From Pseudomonadota bacterium (GTDB lineage: Bacteria; Pseudomonadota; Alphaproteobacteria; UBA8366): DNA of 64,000 bases. Position 1 is the first letter of the stretch. Each line of letters starts with the position of its first letter. Below are positions 57,243 through 64,000 of the stretch, piece by piece. The translations under genes and the position numbers were made by a program. The notes under the pieces were generated by a model, which searched no databases, was not told where the DNA came from, and worked only from the letters and a program-made list of their open reading frames with translations. The stretch covers positions 51,947 through 115,946 of the forward strand of contig JAYZAS010000004.1 in NCBI GenBank assembly GCA_036339585.1, read 5' to 3'.

Positions 57243-58028
57243 TTATGGGTTCAAATACTGCAGAGCTTCATCTCTGGTTTCTATATTCGCTGCCGCGAGG
57301 ACGTGCCCGTCTGAAGCAATTCCCAATGGTTTGCCCGTCCAATCACAGACAGTGCCGCCGGCACCTTCTATCACCGGAACTAAAGCCATGTAATCGTATG
57401 GTTTCATCTTGGCCTCAACGACAAGATCAACAAATCCAGACGCAAGCAGCCCGTAGGCATAGCAATCCCCACCAAACCGCGCTTGCCTAACCGCTGAGCT
57501 CAATCGAGAAAATTTTACTTCGTCAGTTGTACCGTCAAACATGGACGGGTGTGTAGAGTACATGGAGGATTCGCTCAGCTCTGAAAAGGTTTTGGTAGCT
57601 ACCGTGTTGCCGTTAAAAGTTGACCCTATACCACTGATGCCAAGCCAACGTTCACCAATTATAGGCTGGTCGATGACCCCGATCTTAGGAATCCCCTCTA
57701 CCACCAACGCTATCAATGTACCAAAGATTGGCATGCCCGTAATAAACGATTGCGTACCATCAATAGGGTCCAATACCCAGATGTGTGAAGCATCCTCGCG
57801 AACTGCTCCAAATTCTTCCCCAATTATACCGTGTTCGGGAAAAATTTTTTCAATGCGCTGTGTTATGGCTTCCTCCGCACTTCTATCAGCAATTGTAACC
57901 GGACTTTCATCACCTTTTAGATCAACGGTTAAAGGCGCCCGAAAGTACTTACGCAGAATAGCACCACTCACATCCGCGAGTGCCGACGCTACTTCGGCAA
58001 GGCTTATGAGGTCATTCTTCATAACCAT
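57243..58028 (-). CDS. inositol-monophosphatase-family phosphatase (possibly HisN-type histidinol-phosphatase)
   Basis: 261 aa with the metal-binding motifs EE.G and WVLDPIDGTQSF. Confidence 0.85.
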   Translation of the reverse strand: MVMKNDLISLAEVASALADVSGAILRKYFRAPLTVDLKGDESPVTIADRSAEEAITQRIEKIFPEHGIIGEEFGAVREDASHIWVLDPIDGTQSFITGMPIFGTLIALVVEGIPKIGVIDQPIIGERWLGISGIGSTFNGNTVATKTFSELSESSMYSTHPSMFDGTTDEVKFSRLSSAVRQARFGGDCYAYGLLASGFVDLVVEAKMKPYDYMALVPVIEGAGGTVCDWTGKPLGIASDGHVLAAANIETRDEALQYLNP

Positions 58029-58060
58029 CCATGGCTAAGGACACCGAGGCATGTTTCAGA

Positions 58061-58606
58061 TCACGGGAGCGGCTGTGGGTTATCACTCAGTGACCTCATG
58101 TAGGCTATTAGCGAGGCACGATCTTTTGCTTTTTTCAAACCCACAAAGCTCATCTTAGTACCTTTGACGTATTTTTTTGGTTTCCATAGGAACTTGTTTA
58201 GCTCAGCGTATGTCCACTCACCCTTAAGTTTTTTAAATGCACTTGAGTAACCATACCCAGTAGCCGCAGCCTGCTTTTTACCAATGGTTTGCCACAAATT
58301 AGGTCCAATGCGGTTTTTGCCACCCTTAGCAAAGGTGTGACAGGCAGTACACTTCTTAGCAACTTTTTGACCGGAACTCACACTAGCTTTTGCGAGTAAT
58401 GGAATGATTGGTTCAGGGCCGGCCGGTATTGAGGTTCCTTTGGGAATATTGGCTACGACTGTGCCCCCATCTATTGAGTAGGCCTGTTTTTCAAGCATCT
58501 TGGGCTGGTAAATAAAGCTGGTGATAAATGCCGCTGTCATGGCAATAAGAGCGGCCCCTATTATTGCTGCAGCCAATTTGTTAAAGAATAAAGGATCGTT
58601 AAACAT
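58061..58606 (-). CDS. cycM: membrane-anchored c-type cytochrome
   Basis: N-terminal TM anchor (LAAAIIGAALIAMTAAFITSFI) plus heme motif CTACHTF and a distal Met (GTKMSF). The ATG at 58606 is preceded by GAGGT. The ORF-track start at 58618 is TTG. Confidence 0.82.
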   Translation of the reverse strand: MFNDPLFFNKLAAAIIGAALIAMTAAFITSFIYQPKMLEKQAYSIDGGTVVANIPKGTSIPAGPEPIIPLLAKASVSSGQKVAKKCTACHTFAKGGKNRIGPNLWQTIGKKQAAATGYGYSSAFKKLKGEWTYAELNKFLWKPKKYVKGTKMSFVGLKKAKDRASLIAYMRSLSDNPQPLP

Positions 58607-58819
58607 TATCGACCTCAAACCTTCATTATTGATGAAACTTCTGCAAATGCAGTGATTTAATTATTAGTTAACGAAACGATGTAATCTTACTACACTAGTT
58701 TATATCAATTAGACTAAATGCCAAAGTTGGTGCTTTCGGTCAACCTCGCGTCATAATGCCACACAAATCCATTTTGCTGAATAGTCCGTTCATACAAAAT
58801 TAGACACAATAACATTCAA

Positions 58820-59563
58820 ATGGAGGTAACAACGAAACCTATTATTTTAATTCCAGCGCGATTAGCAGCAACTCGGTTTCCTAACAAACCGCTTGCTCCA
58901 ATGCATGGAGAACCAATGATTACCCACGTCTGGAAACGAGCGGTAGAAACTGGAATAGGCCCCGTCATAGTAGCGGCTGGAGACCAAGAAATTGTTGATG
59001 TAATATGTCGAGCTGGGGGCAAGGCATTACTCACAGACCCTGGGCTTCCGTCTGGGTCAGATCGAATCCATGCGGCTTTGTGTGAATATGATCGCGCCCT
59101 TAAATACGACGTTGTCATAAATGTCCAAGGAGATCTTCCGACTATAGATACTAAAGCAATACAAACCTGCCTCCTACCTTTGGCAAATGAAGAAGTCGAC
59201 ATCGCCACCATTGGCGCTGTCATAAAGAGAAAGGCAGAGTTCTCCGATCCAAATGTTGTCAAGGCTATTGCATCTGTTCCGAAAGGCAAGAAAGTGGGCC
59301 GTTGTTTATATTTCACCCGTGCCACAGCACCCGCCGGTGATGGCCCTCTCATTCATCACATAGGGCTCTATGCCTACCGTCGCGCCGCGCTCGAGCAATT
59401 CGTAACACTACCTTCAGGAGTGCTGGAGGAACGCGAGGCATTGGAGCAACTACGTGCGCTTGAAGCTGGCTTGCGAATTGATATAGCGCTCGTTGACACG
59501 GTCCCCATCGGTGTCGATACTCCTAGTGACCTAGACCGTGCAGCCAGTTTATTGCAGCTGTAG
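58820..59563 (+). CDS. kdsB: 3-deoxy-manno-octulosonate cytidylyltransferase
   Basis: 247 aa. IILIPARLAATRFPNKPL and VINVQGDLP. Confidence 0.92.
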   Translation: MEVTTKPIILIPARLAATRFPNKPLAPMHGEPMITHVWKRAVETGIGPVIVAAGDQEIVDVICRAGGKALLTDPGLPSGSDRIHAALCEYDRALKYDVVINVQGDLPTIDTKAIQTCLLPLANEEVDIATIGAVIKRKAEFSDPNVVKAIASVPKGKKVGRCLYFTRATAPAGDGPLIHHIGLYAYRRAALEQFVTLPSGVLEEREALEQLRALEAGLRIDIALVDTVPIGVDTPSDLDRAASLLQL

Positions 59564-59588
59564 AGATGGCTGTGTAGAGTTTTTCAGG

Positions 59589-60455
59589 ATGAAAAAAATG
59601 AAAACCGAGAATAAGATCGCTTTTCAGGGATCGCCTGGTGCTTTTTCCGACATGTCGTGTCGCGCCAATTTTCCTGATATGACACCGTTACCTTGTCCAA
59701 CATTTGAAGATACTTTCCAAGCGGTTTATGAGGGACAAGCAAAGCTCGCAATGATACCGATTGAAAATACTGTCGCCGGTAGAGTAGCTGATATCCATCA
59801 AATCCTCCCCAATTCAGGGCTCCACATCATTGCTGAGAATTTCCATCGTGTTCAGCATCACCTGCTCGCAATCAGGGGGGCAAAAATTGACCAGATAAAA
59901 ACCATACATTCACACGTGCACGCGCTATCCCAATGTCGGAAAGTAATCCGAGAACTAGGCCTAACGACGGTCATTCATGCTGACACTGCCGGCGCCGCGA
60001 TGGACTTGGCTAAATTTAAAAAAGCTGACATGGGCGTGATAGCATCAGCGCTAGCGGCCGAAATCTATGAACTAGATATCCTAAAGAATAATATTGAGGA
60101 TGAAACGCATAACACCACTCGATTTGTCGTGATGGCAAAAGTTCCAATAGACCCAGATCCAAGCATGGGAACTATTGTTACCTCATTCCTCTTCCGAGTG
60201 CGCAATGTTCCAGCAGCACTCTATAAGGCACTGGGCGGATTTGCTACCAACAACATTAATGTAACCAAATTAGAGTCGTATATGGTACGAGGCCAGTTCA
60301 CTGCCACTCAGTTTTATATAGACATAGAGGGACACCCTGACGACGACAAGGTAAGGCTCGCTATGGAAGAATTAAGTTTTTTCAGCCGAGAGGTAAAAAT
60401 TTTAGGGGTTTATCCCGGAGCTGCATATAGAGAGAATCAGGGAAATCCTACTTAA
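59589..60455 (+). CDS. pheA: prephenate dehydratase
   Basis: IAFQGSPGAFS (PDT domain), TRFVVM, and an ACT domain TSFLFRVRNVPAALYKALGGFATNNINVTKLESY. The ATG at 59589 lies after the kdsB stop. The ORF-track start at 59538 would overlap kdsB. Confidence 0.9.
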   Translation: MKKMKTENKIAFQGSPGAFSDMSCRANFPDMTPLPCPTFEDTFQAVYEGQAKLAMIPIENTVAGRVADIHQILPNSGLHIIAENFHRVQHHLLAIRGAKIDQIKTIHSHVHALSQCRKVIRELGLTTVIHADTAGAAMDLAKFKKADMGVIASALAAEIYELDILKNNIEDETHNTTRFVVMAKVPIDPDPSMGTIVTSFLFRVRNVPAALYKALGGFATNNINVTKLESYMVRGQFTATQFYIDIEGHPDDDKVRLAMEELSFFSREVKILGVYPGAAYRENQGNPT

Positions 60456-60577
60456 TACATTAAAATGCCATTTTGCTGGAAACCCGTTCCAATAGGATTG
60501 ATTGATCGGTTTATGAGCTCTTAATACACATGGTAGTATCAAATTCGCTCAACCATTTAAATTATTTAAAAATCGGT

Positions 60578-61477
60578 TCAAGTCTCCATCCACTCCCTCA
60601 TCAAACGGTGGGATATTGAGTCCTTTCTTGGCAAACGGAAGGTATCATTCTCTGGCGAATTCCGAAGGTATTCTTTAGAGAACCATCGCGCTCCTCCCTC
60701 TAATTCATTATAGTCCACATTCAGCTCGAAAGTGGTGGCACGCGCGGTGAATCCAAGCATTATATTTGCCGGGAACGGCCATGGTTGTGAGGAGTGGTAA
60801 TTTACATCTGTAATTTCAATCCCTACCTCCTCAAAGACCTCTCGTGCAACTGCATTCTCTAAGCTCTCTCCAGGCTCCACAAAACCTGCAAGAATTGAAT
60901 GCTGACCGGGCAACATTGTCTTCTTTCGCCCTAAAACAATACGGTCATCTCCGTCATGTATCAGCATAATTACTGCCGGATCAATGCGGGGAAAACAGCT
61001 TGTCTTACAATTTTCGTTGGTGCAAACGCGCACGTGCCCTCCATTTTTGCTTTTTGTCGCCGCTCCACAGCACCCACAAAACTTATTACGTTTGTGCCAA
61101 GTCATATGGGCTCGCGCAAATGCCATAAGAGAGCTCTCATCGCGAGGTAAAAGTGTTCCAATAGCCCGTAAATCTGCAAATCTACCCTCGTCACGAAACG
61201 GGGGTTTCTCGTAATGAGACAAATCAACGGCAAAATGCGCCGTGTCATTAAATAGGCCAAGGAAAACTATAACCGGGCTATCATCAACGATCCTTTTATT
61301 CATCGGTACGGTAGTCAGCCTTGGATTCTCAATGTCAGCAACAAAGTTCCGGCTTCGCCAAATTGGTACAATTTGGCTTGAATCCGAAGCAATCTGGCGT
61401 TCAAGCCACACTTTGTCAGTACGCAAATGACCAGCTTTATCAAAACCAGGCCTATCATAAAAATTCCAAGACTTCAT
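60578..61477 (-). CDS. nudC: NAD+ diphosphatase (Nudix, zinc-ribbon type)
   Basis: Zinc ribbon CGCCGAATKSKNGGHVRVCTNENC and Nudix box GFVEPGESLENAVAREVFEEVG. The start is the ATG at 61477. The ORF-track start at 61513 is TTG. Confidence 0.88.
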   Translation of the reverse strand: MKSWNFYDRPGFDKAGHLRTDKVWLERQIASDSSQIVPIWRSRNFVADIENPRLTTVPMNKRIVDDSPVIVFLGLFNDTAHFAVDLSHYEKPPFRDEGRFADLRAIGTLLPRDESSLMAFARAHMTWHKRNKFCGCCGAATKSKNGGHVRVCTNENCKTSCFPRIDPAVIMLIHDGDDRIVLGRKKTMLPGQHSILAGFVEPGESLENAVAREVFEEVGIEITDVNYHSSQPWPFPANIMLGFTARATTFELNVDYNELEGGARWFSKEYLRNSPENDTFRLPRKDSISHRLMREWMET

Positions 61478-61563
61478 GAACAGCAAACTGACATGCCAAC
61501 GATTATGTTTCAAGATTTTGCATGATCGTATGTTCCACTCTTGACGTATACTGCTATAGTAGC

Positions 61564-61666
61564 GGTGGGTGGCCGGCCGTTGGACGGGTCTCTTGTCAAT
61601 CCGGTCAGGTCCGAAAGGAAGCAGCCGTAGCTAGTTTGACTCGGGTCATCGGTCCGGTCTCCCACT
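61564..61666 (+). ncRNA. ffs: signal recognition particle RNA (4.5S type)
   Basis: CCGGTCAGGTCCGAAAGGAAGCAGCC is the conserved domain IV (helix 8) sequence. The 5' GGTGGG pairs with the 3' CCCAC, which is followed by TTTTT. It sits immediately upstream of dnaX. Confidence 0.88.
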
Positions 61667-61708
61667 TTTTCACCGAAACTAAGTCTTATCTGAAGCAGTT
61701 CTTACAAA

Positions 61709-63442
61709 ATGCCTACAAACTCCGAAAATAAAGAATCCGCAGGCTATCGCGTTCTAGCAAGAAAATACCGGCCATCGAATTTCAAAGAACTCGTCGGCCA
61801 GGATGGGATGGTGCAAACCCTAAAAAATTCCATAGTTTCTGGACGCGTCGCACATGCCTTTATGTTAACGGGAGTACGCGGCGTTGGCAAAACCACCACG
61901 GCACGCATAATTGCAAAAGCACTCAATTGCGTTAGACCCGAAGGAGGAGGCAAAGAAACCGCGGATCCTTGTGGTGTTTGCGAGCCATGTAGAGCCATAG
62001 CCGAAGACCGACATATCGACGTCATAGAGATGGATGCTGCTAGCCGAACTGGAGTTGATGATATTCGCGAGTTGATAGAGGGAGTTCGCTACCGGCCAAG
62101 CGGAGCCCGATTTAAAATTTATATAATCGATGAAGTACACATGCTGTCAAAAAATGCTTTCAATGCACTCCTCAAAACTCTTGAGGAGCCCCCCGAACAT
62201 GTGAAGTTTATATTTGCAACGACCGAAATCAGAAAAGTACCAATAACAGTCCTGTCACGCTGCCAAAGGTTTGATCTGAAGCGCATAACCATAGAAGATT
62301 TAAATGCGCATCTGCAGATTATTATAAAAAAAGAAAACATAAAAACTGACGCAATTGCCCTGCAATTAATTTCCAATGCAGCGGATGGATCGGTCCGTGA
62401 CAGTTTATCACTTCTTGATCAAGCTATATCGCTTAGCGATGGGGTCCTTACCGGGAATATTGTTAAATCAATGCTTGGCTTAGTAGATCGCAGCAATATT
62501 TACGATCTATATGAAGCCTTAATGAAAGGCGAAATAAAAATAGCGCTCGAAACTTTTTCATTAATGCATGAAAATGGTGCAGATCCTATAATAGTGTTGC
62601 AAAACCTTCTCGACATAACCTATTGGGTCACACGGGTTAAGATTGATCCGAATATCAGCAAAACAGCTTCTGTACCTGAAATTGAGCAGTTACGTGGCGA
62701 CCATCTGGCCAACAAAGTTGAGATGCCAACGCTCACACGGAATTGGCAAATGATACTTAAAGGTCTGAAAGAAGCGAGTAATGCCCCGGCGCCCCGACAA
62801 GCCGCTGAAATGGTATTGGTCCGTTTAGCCTACGCGGCTGAACTACCCCCAGCTACTACCCTGATAAAGACGATAGAGGGCGATTCTCGAGCAGCATTAA
62901 CTAATGCGGAAAAGGCAAGCCCTACCAGTAATGTGAACCCAAATCTTCCAATAGCTAGGGGAGAGGCTGTGGGACCCGCTCCAGACAAAAAAGCAAATAA
63001 TGAGTTGCGTATATCAGCCTCTCCAAAAAATTTCGAGGAAGTTGTAGCCCTATTCGATTCAAGAAAAGAGGCGTCAATTTGCAGCAATCTGCGCAGAAAT
63101 GTTCATTTGGTTCATTTCGAGCCGGGCCGCATCGAAATTCGCCCGAACACTCATGCCCCTCGTGATTTAGCAAGCCGTACGGCGGCACAACTCAGTGATT
63201 GGACTGGCACACGGTGGATCGTAAGCATCTCGCAGGAACAAGGTGAGTCAACATTGGAACAGCAGTTTCAACAAAGGGAACAACAAAAGAAAGATGCTGT
63301 TGAAATACTCCCTGCAGTGCAGGCAATCAAAAAAGCATTCCCGGGGGCTGCGGTTGCTAAAGTCACACCGAAATCCGAACTTTTCATTTCAGAGGCAGAT
63401 GACAACTTGCAGAAAAATCACAGAATTAAGGAAAAGGATTGA
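61709..63442 (+). CDS. dnaX: DNA polymerase III subunit tau (gamma/tau)
   Basis: 577 aa. Walker A GVRGVGKTT, zinc module CGVCEPC, and IIDEVHMLS. Confidence 0.95.
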   Translation: MPTNSENKESAGYRVLARKYRPSNFKELVGQDGMVQTLKNSIVSGRVAHAFMLTGVRGVGKTTTARIIAKALNCVRPEGGGKETADPCGVCEPCRAIAEDRHIDVIEMDAASRTGVDDIRELIEGVRYRPSGARFKIYIIDEVHMLSKNAFNALLKTLEEPPEHVKFIFATTEIRKVPITVLSRCQRFDLKRITIEDLNAHLQIIIKKENIKTDAIALQLISNAADGSVRDSLSLLDQAISLSDGVLTGNIVKSMLGLVDRSNIYDLYEALMKGEIKIALETFSLMHENGADPIIVLQNLLDITYWVTRVKIDPNISKTASVPEIEQLRGDHLANKVEMPTLTRNWQMILKGLKEASNAPAPRQAAEMVLVRLAYAAELPPATTLIKTIEGDSRAALTNAEKASPTSNVNPNLPIARGEAVGPAPDKKANNELRISASPKNFEEVVALFDSRKEASICSNLRRNVHLVHFEPGRIEIRPNTHAPRDLASRTAAQLSDWTGTRWIVSISQEQGESTLEQQFQQREQQKKDAVEILPAVQAIKKAFPGAAVAKVTPKSELFISEADDNLQKNHRIKEKD

Positions 63443-63445
63443 TTT

Positions 63446-63769
63446 ATGAAGAACCTAGGACAATTGATGAAACAAGCTCAAGAAATGCAAGAGAAAATGG
63501 GTTCGTTCCAAGAAAGTCTGGCTGAGCTTAATGTTTCAGGCAGTGCCGGTGGAGGCATGGTAATGGTATCTTTGAACGGAAAAGGTGAAATGCGGAGTTT
63601 AAAACTTGATCCAAATCTGATTGATCCTGCGGAAATAGAAATTCTCGAAGACCTAGTTGTGGCGGCTCACAATGACGCAAAAATGAAATTAGAACAACTT
63701 GTCCAAGAGAAAACATCTGAAATGATGGGTGGATTTCAGCTACCACCCGGTATGAAATTACCCTTTTAA
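63446..63769 (+). CDS. ybaB: YbaB/EbfC nucleoid-associated protein
   Basis: 107 aa. [18 protein letters not shown] ... GGGMV.V..NG. Confidence 0.92.
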   Translation: MKNLGQLMKQAQEMQEKMGSFQESLAELNVSGSAGGGMVMVSLNGKGEMRSLKLDPNLIDPAEIEILEDLVVAAHNDAKMKLEQLVQEKTSEMMGGFQLPPGMKLPF

Positions 63770-63783
63770 TATTTTATTCGTTT

Positions 63784-64000
63784 ATGACTCCAATAGACAA
63801 ATTGATACACTTATTGGCACGATTACCGGGCCTAGGTCCTCGTTCAGCACGTCGAGTTGCTCTCTTCCTTATCAAGAAGAATGAAAGCCTTCTTGTTCCG
63901 CTACGTGAAGCCCTCGGTGAAATTAGTAACAGCATCAAATACTGCGAAGATTGTGGGAATGTGGACACTGTTTCCCCTTGCCTAATCTGTTGTGACGCAA
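63784..64000 (+). CDS. recR: recombination protein RecR (5' part, continues beyond right edge)
   Basis: [29 protein letters not shown] (HhH) followed by the zinc finger CEDCGN...CLIC. Not in the ORF track because there is no stop in the window. Confidence 0.9.
   Translation, partial: MTPIDKLIHLLARLPGLGPRSARRVALFLIKKNESLLVPLREALGEISNSIKYCEDCGNVDTVSPCLICCDA

Noticed and set aside
58816-59352. Long antisense ORFs inside well-supported genes (this one opposite kdsB; also 33984-34592, 57541-58038, 1461-1991, 10491-10910 and 26723-27109)
   Set aside because: They lie entirely within genes with strong family motifs on the other strand. They show low-complexity Ser/Arg/Pro-rich translations typical of antisense frames.
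61522-61731. 69-aa plus-strand ORF upstream of dnaX
   Set aside because: It is read straight through the SRP RNA gene, whose conserved helix-8 sequence and paired termini explain the region.
62321-62349. A AAA AAA slippery heptamer in the correct register in dnaX (codons 206-208)
   Set aside because: A -1 shift here would stop after six codons and truncate the protein inside the ATPase module. It is best explained as ordinary Lys-Lys codons.

Overview
This 64-kb chromosomal segment looks alphaproteobacterial. The taxonomic call is inference only, from the ffs-dnaX-ybaB-recR order, a membrane-anchored cytochrome c next to kdsB-pheA, a COQ7-type ubiquinone gene and yejABEF. I support about 60 protein genes, two tRNAs (Leu-CAA, Ser-GGA), the SRP RNA, a TPP riboswitch in front of thiOSGE, four hairpin terminators and one decayed ABC-ATPase gene. 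Housekeeping blocks are gluQ, pyrE, thiOSGE, kdsB, pheA, nudC and dnaX-ybaB-recR. They alternate with accessory catabolic blocks built from ThDP enzymes, CoA-transferase/ACAD/hotdog modules, a HyuAB-LLM operon and a lig-like operon. I saw no transposase, integrase, phage gene, CRISPR array, restriction-modification system or recognisable defence system. The best candidates for something undescribed are: (i) the GntR-led LLM/HyuB/HyuA/RutE-like/PEP-mutase-family operon and the divergent tandem-ACAD plus ADP-forming CoA-ligase module (22.8-34.6 kb); (ii) a two-subunit hotdog hydratase plus CoA-transferase module (36.8-38.9 kb); (iii) a lig-like five-gene operon (39.3-45.3 kb); (iv) an orphan response regulator whose HD-GYP output has lost every metal ligand and carries an extra C-terminal module; (v) a four-hairpin, terminator-ended RNA element just upstream of a benzoylformate-decarboxylase-like gene, at the edge of an AT-rich block of orphan small ORFs. 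All functional calls come from motif recognition by eye and no database search was run.
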